Shown piece by piece: positions 39,191-48,095 of a stretch of 64,000 nt of DNA. Made by a program: the position numbers and the translations under genes. Below the pieces are notes generated by a model. That model saw only the letters and a program-made list of their open reading frames with translations. It had not been told where the DNA came from and made no database searches. This DNA is from a virus (taxonomy: Duplodnaviria; Caudoviricetes). The stretch's first letter is position 1; each line of letters starts with the position of its first letter. The stretch is taken from positions 17,247 to 81,246 of IMG/VR virus record IMGVR_UViG_3300033067_000343. The stretch is one strand, 5' to 3'.

Positions 39191-39601
39191 ATGGCATACA
39201 TGAACCAGCAACGTAAAGCAGAAATCGCACCAGTGGTGAAAGCAATCTGCAAAAAGTACGGCATCAAGGCAACAATGGCTGTACGTCATCATAGCACACT
39301 GGTTCTCAACATCAAGTCGGGCAAGATTGATTTTGTTGAAAACTACATCAATGGCAACCCACACAAGATGACCGAAGAAGCTGCTAACCGCGTTCGCAAC
39401 AGTGGCAGCATTGACGTTAATCCTTACTGGTATCAAGAACACTTTACTGGTACTGCACTGAAGTTCATGAAGGAAGTGTTTGCGGCAATGAACAATGGCA
39501 ACCATGATCACAGCGACATCCAAACTGACTACTTTAATGTGGGCTGGTATGTTGATGTTAACATTGGCGCTTGGAACAAACCTTACCAATTGGTGGCTTA
39601 A
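39191..39601 (+). CDS. hypothetical early protein
   Basis: SD AGGAG; 136 aa. Confidence 0.7.
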   Translation: MAYMNQQRKAEIAPVVKAICKKYGIKATMAVRHHSTLVLNIKSGKIDFVENYINGNPHKMTEEAANRVRNSGSIDVNPYWYQEHFTGTALKFMKEVFAAMNNGNHDHSDIQTDYFNVGWYVDVNIGAWNKPYQLVA

Positions 39602-39602
39602 T

Positions 39603-39812
39603 ATGCGTAAATTCATTCTAACCCAACAACACTACGACATGGCACCAGGCACCGAACTGGACTATGTAAAGCAGAGCATGCCTGAGCAAAATTGTATCGG
39701 GTACTCGATGCTGATTGGTCGTCATGCAGATGGCTCATTGCGTGAAGTACCAGCTCACAAGACTGTGCCACACAAAGACAACACCGAGTTTCCTACACTG
39801 GATGCACAATGA
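39603..39812 (+). CDS. hypothetical protein
   Basis: ATG 39603. Confidence 0.55.
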   Translation: MRKFILTQQHYDMAPGTELDYVKQSMPEQNCIGYSMLIGRHADGSLREVPAHKTVPHKDNTEFPTLDAQ

Positions 39813-39994
39813 CACCTTATACCATTACACTTGTGTTTGCGGACGTAGACGACAACTACTACACAAAAGGTCAGGCCACAATGTCGTTTCCGATTAAAGC
39901 CGACGATGATCACACAGCACAGAATCTAGGCCAACGCCTACAATCAAAATTCGGTGCCGATCATCTAATTGTCAAGAATGGAGTTGAAGAATGA
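39809..39994 (+). CDS. hypothetical protein
   Basis: ATGA overlap. Confidence 0.55.
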   Translation: MTPYTITLVFADVDDNYYTKGQATMSFPIKADDDHTAQNLGQRLQSKFGADHLIVKNGVEE

Positions 39995-40242
39995 ACGAAC
40001 GAATTGTTAAACTTTTTATGGAATCAGTAGATTCCAATTATATTCCTGTGCCCATAGAAGATCATATTCCGTCGTGGACAGAAAAGTTCGCCGAGTTGAT
40101 TGTTCGGGAATGTATCAAAGTTTGTGAGCCAGTTTTTTTAGACGAGTCGTATGAGGATATGAGTGAGTTTGGTAAAGGATTGGTTGAAGGACAAGATGTT
40201 GCAGTAGAAAAGATTAAAGAACATTTCGGAGTTGAAGAATGA
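39991..40242 (+). CDS. hypothetical protein
   Basis: MNERI..KFAELIVREC..IKEHFGVEE pattern common in phage small genes. Confidence 0.65.
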   Translation: MNERIVKLFMESVDSNYIPVPIEDHIPSWTEKFAELIVRECIKVCEPVFLDESYEDMSEFGKGLVEGQDVAVEKIKEHFGVEE

Positions 40243-40430
40243 AACTAGAAGACATGACCCATGATCAATTGGTCGCTGCATTACGGGAAGAACGTGCTGC
40301 CCATTACGATACACTTTCCCGACTTGAACGAATGGAAGATCGTTACAAGATGGCAAACAAGATGACCAAGTGTTATATCGACGAGTTTGAGGCTCGTGGC
40401 TTGATGTACATTCCAAAGGTTGAAAAATGA
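40239..40430 (+). CDS. hypothetical protein
   Basis: ATGA overlap. Confidence 0.55.
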   Translation: MKLEDMTHDQLVAALREERAAHYDTLSRLERMEDRYKMANKMTKCYIDEFEARGLMYIPKVEK

Positions 40431-40552
40431 TTCAAAAACTTGCTGATTATTTGTTTGCTGATGCAATCCGAAAAGGTGTTGAGCAGTATAATTATGCTGT
40501 AGAAACTTTTAACTTGAAAGCACGAGATGGAACTAAACGGACACGAGATTAA
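40427..40552 (+). CDS. small hypothetical protein (41 aa, not in track)
   Basis: ATGA overlap with previous gene fills the gap. Confidence 0.45.
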   Translation: MIQKLADYLFADAIRKGVEQYNYAVETFNLKARDGTKRTRD

Positions 40553-40736
40553 ATTTAGTAGCTTAGAAGTCGACGGTGTTGATAGCAGAGACTACCCTGA
40601 CTTTTGCGATGCTTATTTCTGTTATGGTGAATACACTAATGGTATCGAACTCACTGACGACGAGCTGGAACAACTAACCGACATGTACGGCGATGTGGTC
40701 AACGAGCTCGCCTACGACTCACTTGTTACTTGCTAA
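40527..40736 (+). CDS. hypothetical acidic protein
   Basis: VDGVDSRDYPDFCDAY motif. Confidence 0.65.
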   Translation: MELNGHEIKFSSLEVDGVDSRDYPDFCDAYFCYGEYTNGIELTDDELEQLTDMYGDVVNELAYDSLVTC

Positions 40737-40744
40737 GGAAATAT

Positions 40745-40948
40745 ATGACTGACCGTTTTGATCTTGAACAGCAAATTCTAGACTGCTGGAAAGCAACTGA
40801 TGACATTAAACTGTTGTCTAAGCGTGATGCTAAACCCGAAGACTTTGAAGCACTGGCTAAGGTCTACGAGTTTAAGTTTAATCAACTGTGGGACACCTTT
40901 GAAAAGATGTGTGCTGAACGTCAATTTGTAAACCCAAACAAGGATTAA
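40745..40948 (+). CDS. hypothetical protein
   Basis: MTDRFDLEQQILDCW; SD AAGGA. Confidence 0.65.
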   Translation: MTDRFDLEQQILDCWKATDDIKLLSKRDAKPEDFEALAKVYEFKFNQLWDTFEKMCAERQFVNPNKD

Positions 40949-40950
40949 CT

Positions 40951-41919
40951 ATGGGATGCTGGAATCAAACTTGTGGACTTTCTCAACTGCACATTCGTCA
41001 TGGACAAGACGTGATGGTGGTTGCTCTTGTAAAGAACAACGGATACGATAGCCTTTGCTACACTACACCGTTTTGGGCTCCTGTGATGATGCCGTTCTAC
41101 GCCAAGTACAACGACTACGGCGGTGGCGAAGACTGTACTGGCGTTGGCCTCAACATTGTGATGAACGCGATTAAAGAAGAATTGATTGAGCTGCCACAAG
41201 GTGCAAATCAATTCCATGACATCGCTGTTAAGAAGGAAGGATTTGACGACGAAGTGTTCTTTGAAGCTGTGCATGAAGGTCGCTTGTTTGTTAAAGGGCT
41301 CCATGAGCGCCAACGTCAACATGTGGAATTCGTTATGCTCCACATGGGTGTTGTTAATCACATTCTTGAGAACCGCAAGATCGAACGTTACGTTGGAGCA
41401 AACAATGGCACCACTGGCTGGGACAATGCCTATGTTGAATACTCATTCAAAGATGTGTTAGCTGACTTGCCAGCATGTGTTGCTCAAATGTTTGAGCAAT
41501 ACGCAGATGAAAGCAACCCATTGCGATACTACGAACCTCTTCGTTCTCTGCGCCGCATGAATGATCGCGAAGGCAACCAAGTTAACCACGCTGCCAGCTT
41601 GCTCAGTATGGACGAGTATCGTTTCAGCGGGTTGGTTCGTGTTAACTTTTTGGTAGATGACTACCTTAAGTCCAACGATCGTGCAGGGCTTACTGAGCTG
41701 TTAGCAGAGAATCTCAAAGCACTGTGGATTGATAGCTTTATGCTTTCTACTCGCAAGTTTTGGAGTCCGCAGGCAGGTGCAGGTAGCCAACAGCAAGAAC
41801 CCGAAGGTTACGAGCTGCTCATTGGCGCCATGCAGAATGTACTTGCTGCTGAAAAGCGTGAGTATGACGAAGAAAACGACGAAGTAGAGCCAGAAGTAGA
41901 GCTAGAAGCTACTACTTAA
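40951..41919 (+). CDS. hypothetical protein
   Basis: 322-aa ORF, MGCWN.TC start. Confidence 0.7.
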   Translation: MGCWNQTCGLSQLHIRHGQDVMVVALVKNNGYDSLCYTTPFWAPVMMPFYAKYNDYGGGEDCTGVGLNIVMNAIKEELIELPQGANQFHDIAVKKEGFDDEVFFEAVHEGRLFVKGLHERQRQHVEFVMLHMGVVNHILENRKIERYVGANNGTTGWDNAYVEYSFKDVLADLPACVAQMFEQYADESNPLRYYEPLRSLRRMNDREGNQVNHAASLLSMDEYRFSGLVRVNFLVDDYLKSNDRAGLTELLAENLKALWIDSFMLSTRKFWSPQAGAGSQQQEPEGYELLIGAMQNVLAAEKREYDEENDEVEPEVELEATT

Positions 41920-41946
41920 GTATTACAAAATTTTTGTAATTTTTGG

Positions 41947-41998
41947 TTGCAGATAATCCGTTTTGTGCTATAATCTAAGCATTGTTAAACAAAACGGA
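41947..41998 (+). promoter_or_regulatory. early promoter (repeat copy)
   Basis: TTGCAG-16-TGcTATAAT; shares 37 bp with 13465-13501. Confidence 0.75.
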
Positions 41999-42006
41999 TC
42001 TGCAAA

Positions 42007-42270
42007 ATGGCTAAACCCAATCACTACATTGCAACAGTTGAGTTCACCCTAGGTGGTATTCCTTGCCAAATTGGCGTAATCAGTTATGATTGCGTTGAGG
42101 GTTCTTACTCGTACAATGCGGCCAGCGATTGGGATTACCATGGCTACACCGATCTGGAATATGATATTCTGGACCGCAAAGGCTATCGTGCAAAGTGGCT
42201 TGATTACAAGCTCGACAGTGATGCCGAAGCTGAGATTGAAGAAGCAGTAGCAAATTATTTCAAGGATTAA
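42007..42270 (+). CDS. hypothetical early protein
   Basis: downstream of repeated promoter. Confidence 0.65.
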   Translation: MAKPNHYIATVEFTLGGIPCQIGVISYDCVEGSYSYNAASDWDYHGYTDLEYDILDRKGYRAKWLDYKLDSDAEAEIEEAVANYFKD

Positions 42271-42306
42271 CACTGTTTCGAAATTCGAGATAGTGTATAA
42301 TACGGT

Positions 42307-42465
42307 ATGAAAAAGCAGAATCCGATTAGAATTGAAGCACCCAAACGCCGTTCGCATCGGGCACTGTTTGATCCGACACTACCGTTCCGCCCCAAGGTGG
42401 AGAAAAGTGTCAAAGCCTATGTTCGTAAACCCAAGCATCCTAAAGGAGATCCTGATGCAACTTAA
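42307..42465 (+). CDS. ArfA-like alternative ribosome rescue factor (52 aa, not in track)
   Basis: MKKQNPIRIEAPKRRSHRALFDPTLPFRPKVEKSVKAYVRKPKHPKGDPDAT resembles ArfA core AL..DPLFR.RVE..K...Y.RK.KH; TATAAT 5 nt upstream. Confidence 0.7.
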   Translation: MKKQNPIRIEAPKRRSHRALFDPTLPFRPKVEKSVKAYVRKPKHPKGDPDAT

Positions 42466-42637
42466 CCAAGCTGAACGCTTCGCAAATGAAGCAGTGTTTG
42501 TTCTTCAATTTAACAGCCGCGATGCTGTACGCTATATTCAGCGTAACGCAGGCGTGGAGAAGAAGGATGCAGAAGCAGCCTTCAAGCGTGTGGTAACGTT
42601 CCACAAGCCAGCAAAATGTCAGCCCGTTGCTGCCTAA
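42455..42637 (+). CDS. hypothetical protein
   Basis: SD AAGGAG before ATG 42455 (true start of track ORF 42332). Confidence 0.6.
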   Translation: MQLNQAERFANEAVFVLQFNSRDAVRYIQRNAGVEKKDAEAAFKRVVTFHKPAKCQPVAA

Positions 42638-42852
42638 TACTTGCTTTGTTGCTAGCGGGGTGTGCAACACAGCATCGCCCCAGCTACGACAAAACAGTAA
42701 CAGACTTGGTGCCTGACTGCGCCAATAAAGATGCTCAGATCCGCTACCTTACAAAACTTAAACGTTTTCCTGCTAAGTTAGAAGACGACGAGCTGTTGTA
42801 TAATCAAACAATTAACATTCAAATCCAACGTTTACAATGGTACTGCCGATGA
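42616..42852 (+). CDS. putative lipoprotein
   Basis: lipobox LLAGC. Confidence 0.65.
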   Translation: MSARCCLILALLLAGCATQHRPSYDKTVTDLVPDCANKDAQIRYLTKLKRFPAKLEDDELLYNQTINIQIQRLQWYCR

Positions 42853-43292
42853 AATTGTTATTTGTTTTCGCTGCTGTATTGCTTGCAGGATGCACAACAC
42901 CATCCCGCATGAATGTACAGGACCTCAATCACTATCAAATTGATTGCAGTCGCCGCGAAGAACAGTTAGCATTTTTACAAGGCTTTTTCCCAACCCCAAA
43001 TGAACGTATTGTTAATGGTTTACGTATCACAAGCCCGCTAGGTATTGTGGACACCACAGCAGATGGGACATACTATGAAGAACGTGCAATGTACGACCGC
43101 CGGCAAGAATCTGCTGCCCGTGTTATCATTCATCAAATCCATTCGTATTGCCCTGCGCCGCGACCACAGCCACAAGGTTGTGTACACATCAATGAAACTT
43201 TCCCGGCTGGAAGCAGTCAAGGAGCCCGTTGCTATCAAAAATCTAATCCAAAACCTGTGGTAAATCGCTGGGAAGTGGTTAGTCCGAAATGA
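42849..43292 (+). CDS. putative lipoprotein
   Basis: lipobox LLAGC. Confidence 0.65.
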   Translation: MKLLFVFAAVLLAGCTTPSRMNVQDLNHYQIDCSRREEQLAFLQGFFPTPNERIVNGLRITSPLGIVDTTADGTYYEERAMYDRRQESAARVIIHQIHSYCPAPRPQPQGCVHINETFPAGSSQGARCYQKSNPKPVVNRWEVVSPK

Positions 43293-43338
43293 TAGTTGTG
43301 TTATAATTTGTATATCTTAACAACCGAAAGGTAAAATC

Positions 43339-44040
43339 ATGAAACGTATCGCATCAATCGCCGCAGTGCTCGCTCTCGCAGCTTGTTCAACTGCTCAACC
43401 TGTAGCACAAGCCCCTGCCCCAAAGCCCGTTTACGCAAACGCAGGCGAAGCAGCGGCACAGAATGTCATTGACAATGTGCCTGAGTGGTTTGTGGATGTT
43501 CCTAAAAAGGACAATGTGATTTACGCAGTTGGCGATGGCGTGAGTGGTAGCCTTTCGGGTGCCATTGGCAATGCTCGTGCTAACGCATTTGAAGGCATTT
43601 GCCAAGCAGCAGGTGGTAAGGTTCGCAGCCAAACTAAAGTGTATCGCCAAGATACCGAAGCTTCAAGCACTAGCGTTACAACTACTGCGATCCGCAACAT
43701 TTGCCCGGACGTGGATGTAACTGGTGCAAACGTTGAAAAACGCCATGTAATCCGTGATGGCAATCGTTTCCGTGCATACGTGCTAGTTGGGTTACCGGTA
43801 GGCGAAGCCAATAAGCTGGCTCGCACCAAGCAAATGGACAAACTGCAAGAACGTGCAATGGCTAACCGCGAACGTGAGTTCAAAGAGCTGGATAACATTG
43901 TGGACGGCAAAGCAGCAGAGCCTGCAAGCAAAGTTGAAGGTATTACACTGATGCCTGTGGACAATGAAGAATACAAGCGTAAGCGTGATGCTGCACTGCA
44001 AAAAGAAGGCGCTGTAATCGGGCAAACTGTAGTTCGTTAA
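43339..44040 (+). CDS. putative lipoprotein (LPP20-like)
   Basis: lipobox LAAC; PEWF..YAVG.G..A..A.A pattern. Confidence 0.65.
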   Translation: MKRIASIAAVLALAACSTAQPVAQAPAPKPVYANAGEAAAQNVIDNVPEWFVDVPKKDNVIYAVGDGVSGSLSGAIGNARANAFEGICQAAGGKVRSQTKVYRQDTEASSTSVTTTAIRNICPDVDVTGANVEKRHVIRDGNRFRAYVLVGLPVGEANKLARTKQMDKLQERAMANREREFKELDNIVDGKAAEPASKVEGITLMPVDNEEYKRKRDAALQKEGAVIGQTVVR

Positions 44041-44050
44041 ACGCTAGTAT

Positions 44051-44095
44051 AAAAAGCTCTCCTGCGGTAGTTAAATACCGTAGCGAGGGCTTTTT
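44051..44095 (+). promoter_or_regulatory. long hairpin/terminator containing late TAAATA motif and RBS of next gene
   Basis: 11+8 bp stem, loop GTTAAA, GAGG on 3' arm. Confidence 0.6.
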
Positions 44096-44096
44096 C

Positions 44097-44594
44097 ATGG
44101 CTAGACCGAATCCTATACGCAGTATAATGGCGCAAGCGTTACCCAGCATAACGTACCAACGCCGCAAGAGTTTCCGACCCACAAACGCAGATGTAACGTA
44201 TGCTTACAACATCATTAACAGATATGTTTTTGATGGCGTTTTAACCAAGCCCACAATACAGCAAGGACGCATTCCTAAGTGTTGGGGAACATGCTATTGG
44301 CTAGAACAAGAACAAAACACTGGATCCTGGTGCCGCATTAAGCTAGTGGATAAATGGTTCTGCGAGCAGTGGTTCATGAACACACTTGCACACGAAATGG
44401 TACATCAATACCAATGGGACATAGACCGTTGGGAACACATTGATTACTATGGCAGGGACATACACCAAAACAGTGGCGGGCATGGGCCTAGCTTCTATGA
44501 ATGGCGTGAACGTTTTACCCACTATGGACTTAACCTAAAGATATCGTTTGGACAAAAACGCTGGTTCAAACACCAAGATTTCACTAAGTGCTAA
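44097..44594 (+). CDS. SprT-like zinc metalloprotease domain protein
   Basis: LAHEMVH, GHGPSF motifs. Confidence 0.8.
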   Translation: MARPNPIRSIMAQALPSITYQRRKSFRPTNADVTYAYNIINRYVFDGVLTKPTIQQGRIPKCWGTCYWLEQEQNTGSWCRIKLVDKWFCEQWFMNTLAHEMVHQYQWDIDRWEHIDYYGRDIHQNSGGHGPSFYEWRERFTHYGLNLKISFGQKRWFKHQDFTKC

Positions 44595-44641
44595 TTCAAA
44601 TCCTGTTATAATAGTGGTTCAATAACTACTAACAGGACACT

Positions 44642-45265
44642 ATGCCTAACTTTGTACCTACCGTACTCGAAAAAACCGCTAACGGCGAACGTGCCTACGA
44701 CATCTACAGTCGTTTGCTCAAAGATCGCATTGTTATGTTGGACACAGACGTAAGCGAGCATTCTGCTAGCTTGGTCGTTGCTCAAATGCTTTTCCTTGAA
44801 AGTGAGAATCCCGATGCCGATATCCTCTTCTACATCAATTCACCCGGTGGCCTCGTCACTGCTGGCTTGGCAATCTATGATACTATGCAGTTCATTAAGC
44901 CTGATGTTTCTACCATTGTACTTGGCCAAGCCTGCTCTATGGGAAGTTTCCTTGCCCAAGCAGGAGCCCCAGGCAAACGACTAGTATTGCCCGAAAGCCG
45001 CACAATGATTCACCGTGTTAGCTCAGGTACTCCTAGCACACGTGGTTCTGTGCATGTGCAAGAACTGCAATTTGAAGATGCAAAACGCAGCTTCGAAGAA
45101 AGCCAACGCTTGAATCAGCGACTGACTGAACTGTATGTTAAGCACAACACCAAGGGCAAAACATACGACGAAATGTTTGGCACCATGAAGTTTGACACAT
45201 TCCTTTCTGCCCAAGAAGCAGTGGACATGGGTCTTGCTGATGAAGTGGTATCTAAGCGCCCATAA
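44642..45265 (+). CDS. clpP: Clp protease proteolytic subunit
   Basis: [27 protein letters not shown] (Ser), MIHR (His), [13 protein letters not shown]. Confidence 0.96.
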   Translation: MPNFVPTVLEKTANGERAYDIYSRLLKDRIVMLDTDVSEHSASLVVAQMLFLESENPDADILFYINSPGGLVTAGLAIYDTMQFIKPDVSTIVLGQACSMGSFLAQAGAPGKRLVLPESRTMIHRVSSGTPSTRGSVHVQELQFEDAKRSFEESQRLNQRLTELYVKHNTKGKTYDEMFGTMKFDTFLSAQEAVDMGLADEVVSKRP

Positions 45266-45576
45266 TGGCTGTTTTTGACATAACCCCCAACATACTCAAG
45301 GCCCACGGCGTTTACGATCCGTATAACCGTGACCCAATTACTCTACGATCTGCTATGAGCAGCATTCGCGAGTGGTTAGAGGACAATGTTGGGGAATGTT
45401 ACGGCCCCGGGGATGATCACGTTGTGACTATTGGGGCAGGGTGGGAGATATTTAGGATGTACGATGGCAAGCCTAGGCTCCCGCGGGGAGATCAAGATAC
45501 TTCAATTACGTGGCACGTAGACATTACCGACGAGCAAAAGGCCGTGATGTTTGCACTTAGATGGACCACTAAGTAG
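45265..45576 (+). CDS. hypothetical protein
   Basis: TAATG coupling. Confidence 0.6.
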   Translation: MAVFDITPNILKAHGVYDPYNRDPITLRSAMSSIREWLEDNVGECYGPGDDHVVTIGAGWEIFRMYDGKPRLPRGDQDTSITWHVDITDEQKAVMFALRWTTK

Positions 45577-45640
45577 AAACCATGAGAGGATGTTGCATCG
45601 CAGCATAAATATTAGTACAAATACTAATAAGGAAACTGAG

Positions 45641-45793
45641 ATGCAACTACTTAAATGGATCAAAAGTCTATTTGCAGCACCGTCTTACCAAGATGAACTC
45701 GAGGTTTACGTAAGCAGCAAAAGCCCAACAACTACCGCAGAGGTAGAACACTGGATTCGCCAGTACGACAGCCGCAAGGGGTGGTCACTATGA
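45641..45793 (+). CDS. small protein (DUF3563-like)
   Basis: L..YV..K.P....EVEHWIRQYD pattern; SD AAGGA. Confidence 0.55.
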   Translation: MQLLKWIKSLFAAPSYQDELEVYVSSKSPTTTAEVEHWIRQYDSRKGWSL

Positions 45794-45885
45794 AAACCCT
45801 TCACAAAGCTGTATGGGACTTTTTTATCGCTTGGGGCGAATACCGTTATAAACTGGCCAAGAAAAATGGCCACATGATCTACTGA
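45790..45885 (+). CDS. small hypothetical protein (31 aa, not in track)
   Basis: ATGA overlap. Confidence 0.45.
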   Translation: MKTLHKAVWDFFIAWGEYRYKLAKKNGHMIY

Positions 45886-45886
45886 T

Positions 45887-46450
45887 ATGATTACCTACAG
45901 AGTTCTTTTTGACCAAGAGTTGCCCAAGTACGCTGTGTTCTTGAAACAACGCTCAATGGGCTCGTTAAGCATCTATTTCGGACATGCTGTTACCAACGAA
46001 AACATTGAAATGTTAGTTGATGACATGGTTGCTAAACCGGCTATGCATCACATTGTGGTGGCAGAAGATGTAGATGGGGAAATTGTAGGAACTGTGCATA
46101 TTGCACAAATCAACAATCACGAAGTTGAGTTTGGTGTAATGGTTGCTGAAGGTTATCGCCAGCAGGGCATTGCAAGCGGTCTAATGGACTATGCAATGAC
46201 TTGGTCACGTAACAGAGGCTACACAGACCTTTACATGCACTGCTTAAGCTATAACGCACCTATTAAGCACCTTGTAACCAAGCACGGACTAGCAATTAGC
46301 CGTGACGGAATCGAAAGCGATGCCCGTGTTACTATGCCCCCTACTAATATCTTTAGTATCGGGCACGAAATTGCATTGCGACAGAAGAACGTAGTTAACG
46401 CTACAATGAATCACACAATTCAAAGTTTCCGCAAGGCGCTAGCGTTATAA
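45887..46450 (+). CDS. GNAT acetyltransferase
   Basis: EIVGTVH, EFGVMV..YRQQGIASGLM, N.PIKHL..KHG. Confidence 0.85.
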   Translation: MITYRVLFDQELPKYAVFLKQRSMGSLSIYFGHAVTNENIEMLVDDMVAKPAMHHIVVAEDVDGEIVGTVHIAQINNHEVEFGVMVAEGYRQQGIASGLMDYAMTWSRNRGYTDLYMHCLSYNAPIKHLVTKHGLAISRDGIESDARVTMPPTNIFSIGHEIALRQKNVVNATMNHTIQSFRKALAL

Positions 46451-47038
46451 CGTTTTCTTTTTGAGCATACCAGGAACCCACTCAGCACCAGTGGGTTTTT
46501 CTTTTCTAGAAACTGCAACCGTACCATTATTGTACCATTTATTGCCATCAGTAGTCGGTTTTTGATTTAATCTACCTAATACCCAACCATTGGGGCATTC
46601 GGGCAAAAATGCAGTTTCGGTGTCGTTATTATACCATTTTCGTAAGCTGTTGGTCTTTGCCCTACGAATGCTTGATTCCAGTTTTACCTTATCGCTATGT
46701 TTCTTCCCAAACATACCATTTTTATCTCCGGGCTTAGAATATTTTTGTCTAACATGTGCAGGTGGGTTGTAGCCCGAAATTCCATCACCGCCGTCTGTCT
46801 TGTTTATTAATATCCCAGAATCAGTATCTTTGCGACCATACCACCTTATATACCGGCGTTCAAGTGCCAATGCACCCAATTCTGTCAAATTTTGTTCTAG
46901 TATTACTATTCTAGATCTGTCAGATGGCGGTTGGTGCCATGCGTGGTTGCCGTAGCATCGATTGTTTTTACCTTTTCCGATGTAATAAGGTGTGCCATCT
47001 TTTCTAAGATAGGCATATACATAAAAGTGTAAATACAT
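46445..47038 (-). CDS. GIY-YIG-like homing endonuclease with NUMOD3-type repeat
   Basis: FYVYAY.R.DG.PYYIGKG..R, E..YI..YGR, NGMFGKKHS, WYNN repeats; start ATG 47038. Confidence 0.8.
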   Translation of the reverse strand: MYLHFYVYAYLRKDGTPYYIGKGKNNRCYGNHAWHQPPSDRSRIVILEQNLTELGALALERRYIRWYGRKDTDSGILINKTDGGDGISGYNPPAHVRQKYSKPGDKNGMFGKKHSDKVKLESSIRRAKTNSLRKWYNNDTETAFLPECPNGWVLGRLNQKPTTDGNKWYNNGTVAVSRKEKPTGAEWVPGMLKKKTL

Positions 47039-47114
47039 GTGCTGATTGCTCCTTGTAGCATTAGAGTAGTTGGGGAGTGGACGCCCGCGAACTACACTAA
47101 TATTTATCACTATT

Positions 47115-48047
47115 ATGAAAAGTTTTGAATTAGAATCTACCCACGAAAGCCGGCCAGTTGTGTACGTCGATCTTGACGGCGTTCTCGCGGACATGTTTGG
47201 GGAAGTGGCCAAACGTGAAGGTGCTCCGCATTGGCGCCAAGCCCGTAAGCTAAAAGATCGCATTGATCAAGTTGCAAAAGAACCGGGCTTCTTTGAAGAA
47301 TTACCACCTTTACCTAACGCAGGTAAACTTGTGCGTGGTGTTATAAAGCTAGCAGGACACTTTAGTATCTTGTCTAGTCCTTTAATGAGCAGGGTAGAGC
47401 AAAGCAGCGAAGAAAAGTCCCAATGGATTGATCGCTACATGAGCAAGTACCCAATTGAAAGCGTTATATTTGATCACCAGAAAGAGAAGTTTGCTAAACA
47501 AGCAGACGGTACTCCTAACATTCTAATTGACGACTTTGATTCTAACATCAAGCTATGGGAAGCAAATGGCGGCATTGGTATCCTGTACGAAGATGGCAAG
47601 GTAGATCAAGCTCTGCGTAAACTAAGCTATGCACTTGATGGCCTGATCCCTGTTGACGAGCCTGCGACAGAAGACGATGCTATACACACTAGCGACTCTG
47701 CAAACAATAAGCTCTACACAGACAAGCAGGTGCTAAAGTATGTTAAAGGTATTCACCACGAGTACCATTTAGAAAAGCCTATTGTTAAACACAAGGTATG
47801 GGTATTGCGTAACGTTCCATTGTCTGACTTACAAACTCCTGAGTTCTATGACCAAGACGATCCTTATCGAAGAGTCATTGACTTAGACTGGGACCACATT
47901 GGTAATATCTCTGTGGACGATATTAAACGTAGACCAGTTGTAGCAGATGAGAATGGTTGGTTGCTCGATGGTAACCACAGATTTACTGCTGCCCGTGCCA
48001 AGGGCATGGAATCTATTCCTACTCTAGTTCCTTATATCCCTGAATAA
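47115..48047 (+). CDS. HAD 5'-nucleotidase-like domain fused to ParB-like domain
   Basis: YVDLDGVLAD, ILSSP, NILIDD; C-terminal PVVADENG.LLDGNHRFTAA. Confidence 0.75.
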   Translation: MKSFELESTHESRPVVYVDLDGVLADMFGEVAKREGAPHWRQARKLKDRIDQVAKEPGFFEELPPLPNAGKLVRGVIKLAGHFSILSSPLMSRVEQSSEEKSQWIDRYMSKYPIESVIFDHQKEKFAKQADGTPNILIDDFDSNIKLWEANGGIGILYEDGKVDQALRKLSYALDGLIPVDEPATEDDAIHTSDSANNKLYTDKQVLKYVKGIHHEYHLEKPIVKHKVWVLRNVPLSDLQTPEFYDQDDPYRRVIDLDWDHIGNISVDDIKRRPVVADENGWLLDGNHRFTAARAKGMESIPTLVPYIPE

Positions 48048-48095
48048 TTTCGTTTTTCTCAATTCGAAATAAATACGCATATTAAGGTTTTCAAT

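Noticed and set aside
42332-42454. N-terminal extension of track ORF 42332-42637
   Set aside because: Region is better explained by the ArfA-like ORF in another frame; SD supports a start at 42455
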